Assembly (NCBI GenBank): GCA_964016885.1
Contig: OZ024741.1
Coordinates: 240,684,001 to 240,748,000, forward strand
Length of the DNA: 64,000 nt
Direction: 5' to 3'
Origin: Eledone cirrhosa
Taxonomy: Eukaryota
The notes beneath the pieces were generated by a model. It had not been told where the DNA came from and did not search any database. It saw only the letters and a list, made by a program, of their open reading frames with translations. Of the stretch, positions 25,201 through 40,200 are shown piece by piece. Made by a program: the position numbers and the translations under genes. Every line of letters starts with the position of its first letter. Within the stretch, counting starts at the first letter, position 1.

Positions 25201-28200
25201 TATCAGTGTGTCATACAAGTTAGTCTTACAAGTTCTGTCTTTAGAACTATCACTGTGTCATACAAGTTAGTCTTACAAGTTCTGTCTTTAGAGCTATCAG
25301 TGTGTCTTACAAGTTAGTCTTACAAGTTCTGTCTTTAGAGCTATCAGTGTTGTCTTACAATTAGTCTTACAAGTTCTGTCTTTGGAGCTATCAGTGTGTC
25401 TTACAAGTTAGTCTTACAAGTCCTGTCTTTAGAGCTATCAGTGTGTCTTACAAGTTAGTCTTACAGGTTCTGTCTTTAGAGCTATCAGTGTTGAATTACA
25501 AGTTAGTCTTACAAGTCCTGTCTTTAGAGCTATCAGTGTGTCTTACAAGTTAGTCTTACAAGTCCTGTCTTTAGAGCTATCAGTGTGTCTTACAAGTTAG
25601 TCTTACAAGTCCTGTCTTTAGAGCTATCAGTGTTTCTTACAAGTTAGTCTTACAAGTCCTGTCTTTAGAGCTATCAGTGTGTCTTACAAGTTAGTCTTAC
25701 AAGTTCTGTCTTTAGAGCTATCAGTGTTGTCTTACAAGTTAGTCTTACAAGTCCTGTCTTTAGAGCTATCAGTGTGTCTTACAAGTTAGTCTTACAAGTT
25801 CTGTCTTTAGAGCTATCAGTGTGTCTTACAAGTTAGTCTTACAAGTTCTGTCTTTAGAGCTATCAGTGTTGTCTTACAAGTTAGTCTTACAAGTCATGTC
25901 TTTAGAGCTATCAGTGTTGTCTTACAAGTTAGTCTTACAAGTTCTGTCTTTAGAGCTATCAGTGTTTCTTACAAGTTAGTCTTACAGGTTCTGTCTTTGG
26001 AGCTATCAGTGTGTCTTACAAGTTAGTCTTACAGGTTCTGTCTTTGGAGCTATCAGTGTGTCTTACAAGTTAGTCTTACAAGTTCTGTCTTTAGAGCTAT
26101 CAGTGTGTCTTACAAGTTAGTCTTACAGGTTCTGTCTTTGGAGCTATCAGTGTGTCTTACAAGTTCTGTCTTTAGAGCTATCAGTGTGTCTTACAAGTTA
26201 GTCTTACAAGTTCTGTTTTTGGAGCTATCAGTGTGTCTTACAAGTTAGTCTTACAAGTTCTGTCTTTAGAGCTATCAGTGTGTCTTACAAGTTAGTCTTA
26301 CAAGTTCTGTCTTTAGAGCTATCAGTGTTGTCTTACAAGTTAGTCTTACAAGTCCTGTCTTTAGAGCTATCAGTGTGTCTTACAAGTTAGTCTTACAAAT
26401 TCTGTCGTTAGAGCTATCAGTGTTGTCTTACAAGTTAGTCTTACAGGTTCTGTCTTTGGAGCTATCAGTGTGTCTTACAAGTTAGTCTTACAAGTTCTGT
26501 CTTTAGAGCTATCAGTGTGTCATACAAGTTAGTCTTACAAGTTCTGTCTTTAGAACTATCACTGTGTTATACAAGTTAGTCTTACAAGTTCTGTCTTTAG
26601 AGCTATCAGTGTGTCTTACAAGTTAGTCTTACAAGTTCTGTCTTTACAGCTATCAGTGTGTCTTACAAGTTAGTCTTACAAGTCCTGTCTTTAGAGCTAT
26701 CAGTGTGTCATACAAGTTAGTCTTACAAGTTCTGTCTTTAGAACTATCACTGTGTCATACAAGTTAGTCTTACAAGTTCTGTCTTTAGAGCAATCAGTGT
26801 GTCTTACAAGTTAGTCTTACAAGTTCTGTCTTTAGAGCTATCAGTGTTGTCTTACAATTAGTCTTACAAGTTCTGTCTTTGGAGCTATCAGTGTGTCTTA
26901 CAAGTTAGTCTTACAAGTCCTGTCTTTAGAGCTATCAGTGTGTCTTACAAGTTAGTCTTACAGGTTCTGTCTTTAGAGCTATCAGTGTTGTCTTACAAGT
27001 TAGTCTTACAAGTCCTGTCTTTAGAGCTATCAGTGTTTCTTACAAGTTAGTCTTACAAGTCCTGTCTTTAGAGCTATCAGTGTGTCTTACGAGTTAGTCT
27101 TACAAGTCCTGTCTTTAGAGCTATCAGTGTGTCTTACAAGTTAGTCTTACAAGTTCTGTCTTTAGAGCTATCAGTGTTGTCTTACAAGTTAGTCTTACAA
27201 GTCCTGTCTTTAGAGCTATCAGTGTGTCTTACAAGTTAGTCTTACAAGTTCTGTCTTTAGAGCTATCAGTGTGTCTTACAAGTTAGTCTTACAAGTTCTG
27301 TCTTTAGAGCTATCAGTGTTGTCTTACAAGTTAGTCTTACAAGTCCTGTCTTTAGAGCTATCAGTGTTGTCTTACAAGTTAGTCTTACAAGTCCTGTCTT
27401 TAGAGCTATCAGTGTTGTCTTACAAGTTAGTCTTACAAGTCCTGTCTTTAGAGCTATCAGTGTTTCTTACAAGTTAGTCTTACAGGTTCTGTCTTTGGAG
27501 CTATCAGTGTGTCTTACAAGTTAGTATTACAGGTTCTGTCTTTGGAGCTATCAGTGTGTCTTACAAGTTAGTCTTACAAGTTCTGTCTTTAGAGCTATCA
27601 GTGTGTCTTACAAGTTAGTCTTACAGGTTCTGTCTTTAGAGCTATCAGTGTTGTCTTACAAGTTAGTCTTACAAGTCCTGTCTTTAGAGCTATCAGTGTG
27701 TCTTACAAGTTAGTCTTACAAGTTCTGTCTTTAGAGCTATCAGTGTTGTCTTACAAGTTAGTCTTACAAGTCCTGTCTTTAGAGCTATCAGTGTGTCTTA
27801 CAAGTTAGTCTTACAAGTTCTGTCTTTAGAGCTATCAGTGTGTCTTACAAGTTAGTCTTACAAGTTCTGTCTTTAGAGCTATCAGTGTTGTCTTACAAGT
27901 TAGTCTTACAAGTCCTGTCTTTAGAGCTATCAGTGTTGTCTTACAAGTTAGTCTTACAAGTCATGTCTTTAGAGCTATCAGTGTTGTCTTACAAGTTAGT
28001 CTTACAAGTTCTGTCTTTAGAGCTATCAGTGTTTCTTACAAGTTAGTCTTACAGGTTCTGTCTTTGGAGCTATCAGTGTGTCTTAGAAGTTAGTCTTACA
28101 GGTTCTGTCTTTGGAGCTATCAGTGTGTCTTACAAGTTAGTCTTACAAGTTCTGTCTTTAGAGCTATCAGTGTGTCTTACAAGTTAGTCTTACAGGTTCT

Positions 28201-31200
28201 GTCTTTGGAGCTATCAGTGTGTCTTACAAGTTCTGTCTTTAGAGCTATCAGTGTGTCTTACAAGTTAGTCTTACAAGTTCTGTTTTTGGAGCTATCAGTG
28301 TGTCTTACAAGTTAGTCTTACAAGTTCTGTCTTTAGAGCTATCAGTGTGTCTTACAAGTTAGTCTTACAAGTTCTGTCTTTAGAGCTATCAGTGTTGTCT
28401 TACAAGTTAGTCTTACAAGTCCTGTCTTTAGAGCTATCAGTGTGTCTTACAAGTTAGTCTTACAAATTCTGTCGTTAGAGCTATCAGTGTTGTCTTACAA
28501 GTTAGTCTTACAGGTTCTGTCTTTGGAGCTATCAGTGTGTCTTACAAGTTAGTCTTACAAGTTCTGTCTTTAGAGCTATCAGTGTGTCATACAAGTTAGT
28601 CTTACAAGTTCTGTCTTTAGAACTATCACTGTGTTATACAAGTTAGTCTTACAAGTTCTGTCTTTAGAGCTATCAGTGTGTCTTACAAGTTAGTCTTACA
28701 AGTTCTGTCTTTACAGCTATCAGTGTGTCTTACAAGTTAGTCTTACAAGTCCTGTCTTTAGAGCTATCAGTGTGTCATACAAGTTAGTCTTACAAGTTCT
28801 GTCTTTAGAACTATCACTGTGTCATACAAGTTAGTCTTACAAGTTCTGTCTTTAGAGCAATCAGTGTGTCTTACAAGTTAGTCTTACAAGTTCTGTCTTT
28901 AGAGCTATCAGTGTTGTCTTACAATTAGTCTTACAAGTTCTGTCTTTGGAGCTATCAGTGTGTCTTACAAGTTAGTCTTACAAGTCCTGTCTTTAGAGCT
29001 ATCAGTGTGTCTTACAAGTTAGTCTTACAGGTTCTGTCTTTAGAGCTATCAGTGTTGTCTTACAAGTTAGTCTTACAAGTCCTGTCTTTAGAGCTATCAG
29101 TGTTTCTTACAAGTTAGTCTTACAAGTCCTGTCTTTAGAGCTATCAGTGTGTCTTACGAGTTAGTCTTACAAGTCCTGTCTTTAGAGCTATCAGTGTGTC
29201 TTACAAGTTAGTCTTACAAGTTCTGTCTTTAGAGCTATCAGTGTTGTCTTACAAGTTAGTCTTACAAGTCCTGTCTTTAGAGCTATCAGTGTGTCTTACA
29301 AGTTAGTCTTACAAGTTCTGTCTTTAGAGCTATCAGTGTGTCTTACAAGTTAGTCTTACAAGTTCTGTCTTTAGAGCTATCAGTGTTGTCTTACAAGTTA
29401 GTCTTACAAGTCCTGTCTTTAGAGCTATCAGTGTTGTCTTACAAGTTAGTCTTACAAGTCCTGTCTTTAGAGCTATCAGTGTTGTCTTACAAGTTAGTCT
29501 TACAAGTCCTGTCTTTAGAGCTATCAGTGTTTCTTACAAGTTAGTCTTACAGGTTCTGTCTTTGGAGCTATCAGTGTGTCTTACAAGTTAGTATTACAGG
29601 TTCTGTCTTTGGAGCTATCAGTGTGTCTTACAAGTTAGTCTTACAAGTTCTGTCTTTAGAGCTATCAGTGTGTCTTACAAGTTAGTCTTACAGGTTCTGT
29701 CTTTAGAGCTATCAGTGTTGTCTTACAAGTTAGTCTTACAAGTCCTGTCTTTAGAGCTATCAGTGTGTCTTACAAGTTAGTCTTACAAGTTCTGTCTTTA
29801 GAGCTATCAGTGTTGTCTTACAAGTTAGTCTTACAAGTCCTGTCTTTAGAGCTATCAGTGTGTCTTACAAGTTAGTCTTACAAGTTCTGTCTTTAGAGCT
29901 ATCAGTGTGTCTTACAAGTTAGTCTTACAAGTTCTGTCTTTAGAGCTATCAGTGTTGTCTTACAAGTTAGTCTTACAAGTCCTGTCTTTAGAGCTATCAG
30001 TGTTGTCTTACAAGTTAGTCTTACAAGTCATGTCTTTAGAGCTATCAGTGTTGTCTTACAAGTTAGTCTTACAAGTTCTGTCTTTAGAGCTATCAGTGTT
30101 TCTTACAAGTTAGTCTTACAGGTTCTGTCTTTGGAGCTATCAGTGTGTCTTACAAGTTAGTCTTACAGGTTCTGTCTTTGGAGCTATCAGTGTGTCTTAC
30201 AAGTTAGTCTTACAAGTTCTGACTTTAGAGCTATCAGTGTGTCAAACAAGTTAGTCTTACAGGTTCTGTCTTTGGAGCTATCAGTGTGTCTTACAAGTTC
30301 TGTCTTTAGAGCTATCAGTGTGTCTTACAAGTTAGTCTTACAAGTTCTGTTTTTGGAGCTATCAGTGTGTCTTACAAGTTAGTCTTACAAGTTCTGTCTT
30401 TAGAGCTATCAGTGTGTCTTACTAGTTAGTCTTACAAGTTCTGTCTTTAGAGCTATCAGTGTTGTCTTACAAGTTAGTCTTACAAGTCCTGTCTTTAGAG
30501 CTATCAGTGTGTCTTACAAGTTAGTCTTACAAATTCTGTCGTTAGAGCTATCAGTGTTGTCTTACAAGTTAGTCTTACAGGTTCTGTCTTTGGAGCTATC
30601 AGTGTGTCTTACAAGTTAGTCTTACAAGTTCTGTCTTTAGAGCTATCAGTGTGTCATACAAGTTAGTCTTACAAGTTCTGTCTTTAGAACTATCACTGTG
30701 TTATACAAGTTAGTCTTACAAGTTCTGTCTTTAGAGCTATCAGTGTGTCTTACAAGTTAGTCTTACAAGTTCTGTCTTTACAGCTATCAGTGTGTCTTAC
30801 AAGTTAGTCTTACAAGTCCTGTCTTTAGAGCTATCAGTGTGTCATACAAGTTAGTCTTACAAGTTCTGTCTTTAGAACTATCACTGTGTCATACAAGTTA
30901 GTCTTACAAGTTCTGTCTTTAGAGCTATCAGTGTGTCTTACAAGTTAGTCTTACAAGTTCTGTCTTTAGAGCTATCAGTGTTGTCTTACAATTATTCTTA
31001 CAAGTTCTGTCTTTGGAGCTATCAGTGTGTCTTACAAGTTAGTCTTACAAGTCCTGTCTTTAGAGCTATCAGTGTGTCTTACAAGTTAGTCTTACAGGTT
31101 CTGTCTTTAGAGCTATCAGTGTTGTCTTACAAGTTAGTCTTACAAGTCCTGTCTTTAGAGCTATCAGTGTGTCTTACAAGTTAGTCTTACAAGTCCTCTC

Positions 31201-34200
31201 TTTAGAGCTATCAGTGTGTCTTACAAGTTAGTCTTACAAGTTCTGTCTTTAGAGCTATCAGTGTTGTCTTACAAGTTAGTCTTACAAGTCCTGTCTTTAG
31301 AGCTATCAGTGTTGTCTTACAAGTTAGTCTTACAAGTCATGTCTTTAGAGCTATCAGTGTTGTCTTACAAGTTAGTCTTACAAGTTCTGTCTTTAGAGCT
31401 ATCAGTGTTTCTTACAAGTTAGTCTTACAGGTTCTGTCTTTGGAGCTATCAGTGTGTCTTACAAGTTAGTCTTACAAGTTCTGTCTTTAGAGCTATCAGT
31501 GTGTCTTACAAGTTAGTCTTACAGGTTCTGTCTTTGGAGCTATCAGTGTGTCTTACAAGTTCTGTCTTTAGAGCTATCAGTGTGTCTTACAAGTTAGTCT
31601 TACAAGTTCTGTTTTTGGAGCTATCAGTGTGTCTTACAAGTTAGTCTTACAAGTTCTGTCTTTAGAGCTATCAGTGTGTCTTACAAGTTAGTCTTACAAG
31701 TTCTGTCTTTAGAGCTATCAGTGTTGTCTTACAAGTTAGTCTTACAAGTCCTGTCTTTAGAGCTATCAGTGTGTCTTACAAGTTAGTCTTACAAATTCTG
31801 TCGTTAGAGCTATCAGTGTTGTCTTACAAGTTAGTCTTACAGGTTCTGTCTTTGGAGCTATCAGTGTGTCTTACAAGTTAGTCTTACAAGTTCTGTCTTT
31901 AGAGCTATCAGTGTGTCATACAAGTTAGTCTTACAAGTTCTGTCTTTAGAACTATCACTGTGTTATACAAGTTAGTCTTACAAGTTCTGTCTTTAGAGCT
32001 ATCAGTGTGTCTTACAAGTTAGTCTTACAAGTTCTGTCTTTACAGCTATCAGTGTGTCTTACAAGTTAGTCTTACAAGTCCTGTCTTTAGAGCTATCAGT
32101 GTGTCATACAAGTTAGTCTTACAAGTTCTGTCTTTAGAACTATCACTGTGTCATACAAGTTAGTCTTACAAGTTCTGTCTTTAGAGCAATCAGTGTGTCT
32201 TACAAGTTAGTCTTACAAGTTCTGTCTTTAGAGCTATCAGTGTTGTCTTACAATTAGTCTTACAAGTTCTGTCTTTGGAGCTATCAGTGTGTCTTACAAG
32301 TTAGTCTTACAAGTCCTGTCTTTAGAGCTATCAGTGTGTCTTACGAGTTAGTCTTACAGGTTCTGTCTTTAGAGCTATCAGTGTTGTCTTACAAGTTAGT
32401 CTTACAAGTCCTGTCTTTAGAGCTATCAGTGTTTCTTACAAGTTAGTCTTACAAGTCCTGTCTTTAGAGCTATCAGTGTGTCTTACGAGTTAGTCTTACA
32501 AGTCCTGTCTTTAGAGCTATCAGTGTTGTCTTACAAGTTAGTCTTACAAGTCCTGTCTTTAGAGCTATCAGTGTGTCTTACAAGTTAGTCTTACAAGTTC
32601 TGTCTTTAGAGCTATCAGTGTTGTCTTACAAGTTAGTCTTACAAGTCCTGTCTTTAGAGCTATCAGTGTGTCTTACAAGTTAGTCTTACAAGTCCTCTCT
32701 TTAGAGCTATCAGTGTGTCTTACAAGTTAGTCTTACAAGTTCTGTCTTTAGAGCTATCAGTGTTGTCTTACAAGTTAGTCTTACAAGTCCTGTCTTTAGA
32801 GCTATCAGTGTTGTCTTACAAGTTAGTCTTACAAGTCATGTCTTTAGAGCTATCAGTGTTGTCTTACAAGTTAGTCTTACAAGTTCTGTCTTTAGAGCTA
32901 TCAGTGTTTCTTACAAGTTAGTCTTACAGGTTCTGTCTTTGGAGCTATCAGTGTGTCTTACAAGTTAGTCTTACAAGTTCTGTCTTTAGAGCTATCAGTG
33001 TGTCTTACAAGTTAGTCTTACAGGTTCTGTCGTTGGAGCTATCAGTGTGTCTTACAAGTTCTGTCTTTAGAGCTATCAGTGTGTCTTACAAGTTAGTCTT
33101 ACAAGTTCTGTTTTTGGAGCTATCAGTGTGTCTTACAAGTTAGTCTTACAAGTTCTGTCTTTAGAGCTATCAGTGTGTCTTACAAGTTAGTCTTACAAGT
33201 TCTGTCTTTAGAGCTATCAGTGTTGTCTTACAAGTTAGTCTTACAAGTCCTGTCTTTAGAGCTATCAGTGTGTCTTACAAGTTAGTCTTACAAATTCTGT
33301 CGTTAGAGCTATCAGTGTTGTCTTACAAGTTAGTCTTACAGGTTCTGTCTTTGGAGCTATCAGTGTGTCTTACAAGTTAGTTTTACAAGTTCTGTCTTTA
33401 GAGCTATCAGTGTGTCATACAAGTTAGTCTTACAAGTTCTGTCTTTAGAACTATCACTGTGTTATACAAGTTAGTCTTACAAGTTCTGTCTTTAGAGCTA
33501 TCAGTGTGTCTTACAAGTTAGTCTTACAAGTTCTGTCTTTACAGCTATCAGTGTGTCTTACAAGTTAGTCTTACAAGTCCTGTCTTTAGAGCTATCAGTG
33601 TGTCATACAAGTTAGTCTTACAAGTTCTGTCTTTAGAACTATCACTGTGTCATACAAGTTAGTCTTACAAGTTCTGTCTTTAGAGCAATCAGTGTGTCTT
33701 ACAAGTTAGTCTTACAAGTTCTGTCTTTAGAGCTATCAGTGTTGTCTTACAATTAGTCTTACAAGTTCTGTCTTTGGAGCTATCAGTGTGTCTTACAAGT
33801 TAGTCTTACAAGTCCTGTCTTTAGAGCTATCAGTGTGTCTTACAAGTTAGTCTTACAGGTTCTGTCTTTAGAGCTATCAGTGTTGTCTTACAAGTTAGTC
33901 TTACAAGTCCTGTCTTTAGAGCTATCAGTGTTTCTTACAAGTTAGTCTTACAAGTCCTGTCTTTAGAGCTATCAGTGTGTCTTACGAGTTAGTCTTACAA
34001 GTCCTGTCTTTAGAGCTATCAGTGTGTCTTACAAGTTAGTCTTACAAGTTCTGTCTTTAGAGCTATCAGTGTTGTCTTACAAGTTAGTCTTACAAGTCCT
34101 GTCTTTAGAGCTATCAGTGTGTCTTACAAGTTAGTCTTACAAGTTCTGTCTTTAGAGCTATCAGTGTGTCTTACAAGTTAGTCTTACAAGTTCTGTCTTT

Positions 34201-37200
34201 AGAGCTATCAGTGTTGTCTTACAAGTTAGTCTTACAAGTCCTGTCTTTAGAGCTATCAGTGTTGTCTTACAAGTTAGTCTTACAAGTCCTGTCTTTAGAG
34301 CTATCAGTGTTGTCTTACAAGTTAGTCTTACAAGTCCTGTCTTTAGAGCTATCAGTGTTTCTTACAAGTTAGTCTTACAGGTTCTGTCTTTGGAGCTATC
34401 AGTGTGTCTTACAAGTTAGTATTACAGGTTCTGTCTTTGGAGCTATCAGTGTGTCTTACAAGTTAGTCTTACAAGTTCTGTCTTTAGAGCTATCAGTGTG
34501 TCTTACAAGTTAGTCTTACAGGTTCTGTCTTTAGAGCTATCAGTGTTGTCTTACAAGTTAGTCTTACAAGTCCTGTCTTTAGAGCTATCAGTGTGTCTTA
34601 CAAGTTAGTCTTACAAGTTCTGTCTTTAGAGCTATCAGTGTTGTCTTACAAGTTAGTCTTACAAGTCCTGTCTTTAGAGCTATCAGTGTGTCTTACAAGT
34701 TAGTCTTACAAGTTCTGTCTTTAGAGCTATCAGTGTGTCTTACAAGTTAGTCTTACAAGTTCTGTCTTTAGAGCTATCAGTGTTGTCTTACAAGTTAGTC
34801 TTACAAGTCCTGTCTTTAGAGCTATCAGTGTTGTCTTACAAGTTAGTCTTACAAGTCATGTCTTTAGAGCTATCAGTGTTGTCTTACAAGTTAGTCTTAC
34901 AAGTTCTGTCTTTAGAGCTATCAGTGTTTCTTACAAGTTAGTCTTACAGGTTCTGTCTTTGGAGCTATCAGTGTGTCTTACAAGTTAGTCTTACAGGTTC
35001 TGTCTTTGGAGCTATCAGTGTGTCTTACAAGTTAGTCTTACAAGTTCTGTCTTTAGAGCTATCAGTGTGTCTTACAAGTTAGTCTTACAGGTTCTGTCTT
35101 TGGAGCTATCAGTGTGTCTTACAAGTTCTGTCTTTAGAGCTATCAGTGTGTCTTACAAGTTAGTCTTACAAGTTCTGTTTTTGGAGCTATCAGTGTGTCT
35201 TACAAGTTAGTCTTACAAGTTCTGTCTTTAGAGCTATCAGTGTGTCTTACAAGTTAGTCTTACAAGTTCTGTCTTTAGAGCTATCAGTGTTGTCTTACAA
35301 GTTAGTCTTACAAGTCCTGTCTTTAGAGCTATCAGTGTGTCTTACAAGTTAGTCTTACAAATTCTGTCGTTAGAGCTATCAGTGTTGTCTTACAAGTTAG
35401 TCTTACAGGTTCTGTCTTTGGAGCTATCAGTGTGTCTTACAAGTTAGTCTTACAAGTTCTGTCTTTAGAGCTATCAGTGTGTCATACAAGTTAGTCTTAC
35501 AAGTTCTGTCTTTAGAACTATCACTGTGTTATACAAGTTAGTCTTACAAGTTCTGTCTTTAGAGCTATCAGTGTGTCTTACAAGTTAGTCTTACAAGTTC
35601 TGTCTTTACAGCTATCAGTGTGTCTTACAAGTTAGTCTTACAAGTCCTGTCTTTAGAGCTATCAGTGTGTCATACAAGTTAGTCTTACAAGTTCTGTCTT
35701 TAGAACTATCACTGTGTCATACAAGTTAGTCTTACAAGTTCTGTCTTTAGAGCTATCAGTGTGTCTTACAAGTTAGTCTTACAAGTTCTGTCTTTAGAGC
35801 TATCAGTGTTGTCTTACAATTAGTCTTACAAGTTCTGTCTTTGGAGCTATCAGTGTGTCTTACAAGTTAGTCTTACAAGTCCTGTCTTTAGAGCTATCAG
35901 TGTGTCTTACAAGTTAGTCTTACAGGTTCTGTATTTAGAGCTATCAGTGTTGTCTTACAAGTTAGTCTTACAAGTCCTGTCTTTAGAGCTATCAGTGTTT
36001 CTTACAAGTTAGTCTTACAAGTCCTGTCTTTAGAGCTATCAGTGTGTCTTACAAGTTAGTCTTACAAGTCCTGTCTTTAGAGCTATCAGTGTGTCTTACA
36101 AGTTAGTCTTACAAGTCCTGTCTTTAGAGCTATCAGTGTTTCTTACAAGTTAGTCTTACAAGTCCTGTCTTTAGAGCTATCAGTGTGTCTTACAAGTTAG
36201 TCTTACAAGTTCTGTCTTTAGAGCTATCAGTGTTGTCTTACAAGTTAGTCTTACAAGTCCTGTCTTTAGAGCTATCAGTGTGTCTTACAAGTTAGTCTTA
36301 CAAGTTCTGTCTTTAGAGCTATCAGTGTGTCTTACAAGTTAGTCTTACAAGTTCTGTCTTTAGAGCTATCAGTGTTGTCTTACAAGTTAGTCTTACAAGT
36401 CCTGTCTTTAGAGCTATCAGTGTTGTCTTACAAGTTAGTCTTACAAGTCATGTCTTTAGAGCTATCAGTGTTGTCTTACAAGTTAGTCTTACAAGTTCTG
36501 TCTTTAGAGCTATCAGTGTTTCTTACAAGTTAGTCTTACAGGTTCTGTCTTTGGAGCTATCAGTGTGTCTTACAAGTTAGTCTTACAGGTTCTGTCTTTG
36601 GAGCTATCAGTGTGTCTTACAAGTTAGTCTTACAAGTTCTGTCTTTAGAGCTATCAGTGTGTCTTACAAGTTAGTCTTACAGGTTCTGTCTTTGGAGCTA
36701 TCAGTGTGTCTTACAAGTTCTGTCTTTAGAGCTATCAGTGTGTCTTACAAGTTAGTCTTACAAGTTCTGTTTTTGGAGCTATCAGTGTGTCTTACAAGTT
36801 AGTCTTACAAGTCCTGTCTTTAGAGCTATCAGTGTGTCTTACAAGTTAGTCTTACAAGTTCTGTCTTTAGAGCTATCAGTGTTGTCTTACAAGTTAGTCT
36901 TACAAGTCCTGTCTTTAGAGCTATCAGTGTGTCTTACAAGTTAGTCTTACAAATTCTGTCGTTAGAGCTATCAGTGTTGTCTTACAAGTTAGTCTTACAG
37001 GTTCTGTCTTTGGAGCTATCAGTGTGTCTTACAAGTTAGTCTTACAAGTTCTGTCTTTAGAGCTATCAGTGTGTCATACAAGTTAGTCTTACAAGTTCTG
37101 TCTTTAGAACTATCACTGTGTTATACAAGTTAGTCTTACAAGTTCTGTCTTTAGAGCTATCAGTGTGTCTTACAAGTTAGTCTTACAAGTTCTGTCTTTA

Positions 37201-40200
37201 CAGCTATCAGTGTGTCTTACAAGTTAGTCTTACAAGTCCTGTCTTTAGAGCTATCAGTGTGTCATACAAGTTAGTCTTACAAGTTCTGTCTTTAGAACTA
37301 TCACTGTGTCATACAAGTTAGTCTTACAAGTTCTGTCTTTAGAGCAATCAGTGTGTCTTACAAGTTAGTCTTACAAGTTCTGTCTTTAGAGCTATCAGTG
37401 TTGTCTTACAATTAGTCTTACAAGTTCTGTCTTTGGAGCTATCAGTGTGTCTTACAAGTTAGTCTTACAAGTCCTGTCTTTAGAGCTATCAGTGTGTCTT
37501 ACAAGTTAGTCTTACAAGTTCTGTTTTTGGAGCTATCAGTGTGTCTTACAAGTTAGTCTTACAAGTTCTGTCTTTAGAGCTATCAGTGTGTCTTACAAGT
37601 TAGTCTTACAAGTTCTGTCTTTAGAGCTATCAGTGTTGTCTTACAAGTTAGTCTTACAAGTCCTGTCTTTAGAGCTATCAGTGTGTCTTACAAGTTAGTC
37701 TTACAAATTCTGTCGTTAGAGCTATCAGTGTTGTCTTACAAGTTAGTCTTACAGGTTCTGTCTTTGGAGCTATCAGTGTGTCTTACAAGTTAGTCTTACA
37801 AGTTCTGTCTTTAGAGCTATCAGTGTGTCATACAAGTTAGTCTTACAAGTTCTGTCTTTAGAACTATCACTGTGTTATACAAGTTAGTCTTACAAGTTCT
37901 GTCTTTAGAGCTATCAGTGTGTCTTACAAGTTAGTCTTACAAGTTCTGTCTTTACAGCTATCAGTGTTGTCTTACAATTAGTCTTACAAGTTCTGTCTTT
38001 GGAGCTATCAGTGTGTCTTACAAGTTAGTCTTACAAGTCCTGTCTTTAGAGCTATCAGTGTGTCTTACAAGTTAGTCTTACAGGTTCTGTCTTTAGAGCT
38101 ATCAGTGTTGTCTTACAAGTTAGTCTTACAAGTCCTGTCTTTAGAGCTATCAGTGTTTCTTACAAGTTAGTCTTACAAGTCCTGTCTTTAGAGCTATCGG
38201 TGTGTCTTACAAGTTAGTCTTACAAGTCCTGTCTTTAGAGCTATCAGTGTGTCTTACAAGTTAGTCTTACAAGTTCTGTCTTTAGAGCTATCAGTGTTGT
38301 CTTACAAGTTAGTCTTACAAGTCCTGTCTTTAGAGTTATCAGTGTGTCTTACAAGTTAGTCTTACAAGTTCTGTCTTTAGAGCTATCAGTGTGTCTTACA
38401 AGTTAGTCTTACAAGTTCTGTCTTTAGAGCTATCAGTGTTGTCTTACAAGTTAGTCTTACAGATTCTGTCTTTAGAGCTATCAGTGTGTCTTACAAGTTA
38501 GTCTTACAAGTTAGTCTTACAGGTTCTGTCTTTAGAGCTATCAGTGTGTCTTACAAGTTAGTCTGACAAGTTCTGTCTTTAGAGCTATCAGTGTGTCATA
38601 CAAGTTAGTCTTACAAGTTCTGTCTTTAGAGCTATCAGTGTGTCTTACAAGTTAGTCTTACAGGTTCTGTCTTTAGAGCTATCAGTGTGTCTTACAAGTT
38701 AGTCTTACAAGTTCTGTCGTTAGAGCTATCAGTGTATCTTACAAGTTAGTCTTACAAGTTCTGTCTTCAGAGCTATCAGTGTGTATTACAAGTTAGTCTT
38801 ACAGGTTCTGTCTTTGGAGCTATCAGTGTGTCTTACAAGTTCTGTCTTTACAGCTATCAGTGTGTCTTACAAGTTAGTCTTACAAGTTCTGTCTTTAGAA
38901 CTATCACTGTGTCATACAAGTTAGTCTTACAAGTTCTGTCTTTAGAGCTATCAGTGTGTCTTACAAGTCAGTCTTACAAGTTCTGTCTTTAGAGCTATCA
39001 GTGTTGTCTTACAATTAGTCTTACAAGTTCTGTCTTTGGAGCTATCAGTGTGTCTTACAAGTTAGTCTTACAAGTCCTGTCTTTAGAGCTATCAGTGTTG
39101 TCTTACAAGTTAGTCTTACAAGTCCTGTCTTTAGAGCTATCAGTGTGTCTTACAAGTTCTGTCTTTAGAGCTATCAGTGTTGTCTTACAAGTTAGTCTTA
39201 CAAGTCCTGTCTTTAGAGCTATCAGTGTTTCTTACAAGTTAGTCTTACAAGTTCTGTCTTTACAGCTATCAGTGTGTCTTACAAGTTAGTCTTACAAGTC
39301 CTGTCTTTAGAGCTATCAGTGTGTCATACAAGTTAGTCTTACAAGTTCTGTCTTTAGAACTATCACTGTGTCATACAAGTTAGTCTTACAAGTTCTGTCT
39401 TTAGAGCTATCAGTGTGTCTTACAAGTTAGTCTTACAAGTTCTGTCTTTAGAGCTATCAGTGTTGTCTTACAATTAGTCTTACAAGTTCTGTCTTTGGAG
39501 CTATCAGTGTGTCTTACAAGTTAGTCTTACAAGTCCTGTCTTTAGAGCTATCAGTGTGTCTTACAAGTTAGTCTTACAGGTTCTGTCTTTAGAGCTATCA
39601 GTGTTGTCTTACAAGTTAGTCTTACAAGTCCTGTCTTAAGAGCTATCAGTGTTTCTTACAAGTTAGTCTTACAAGTCCTGTCTTTAGAGCTATCAGTGTG
39701 TCTTACAAGTTAGTCTTACAAGTTCTCTCTTTAGAGCTATCAGTGTTGTCTTACAATTAGTCTTACAAGTTCTGTCTTTGGAGCTATCAGTGTGTCTTAC
39801 AAGTTAGTCTTACAAGTCCTGTCTTTAGAGCTATCAGTGTGTCTTACAAGTTAGTCTTACAGGTTCTGTCTTTAGAGCTATCAGTGTTGTCTTACAAGTT
39901 AGTCTTACAAGTCCTGTCTTTAGAGCTATCAGTGTTTCTTACAAGTTAGTCTTACAAGTCCTGTCTTCAGAGCTATCAGTGTGTCTTACAAGTTAGTCTT
40001 ACAAGTCCTGTCTTTAGAGCTATCAGTGTGTCTTACAAGTTAGTCTAACAAGTTCTGTCTTTAGAGCTATCAGTGTTGTCTTACAAGTTAGTCTTACAAG
40101 TCCTGTCTTTAGAGCTATCAGTGTGTCTTACAAGTTAGTCTTACAAGTTCTGTCTTTAGAGCTATCAGTGTGTCTTACAAGTTAGTCTTACAAGTTCTGT

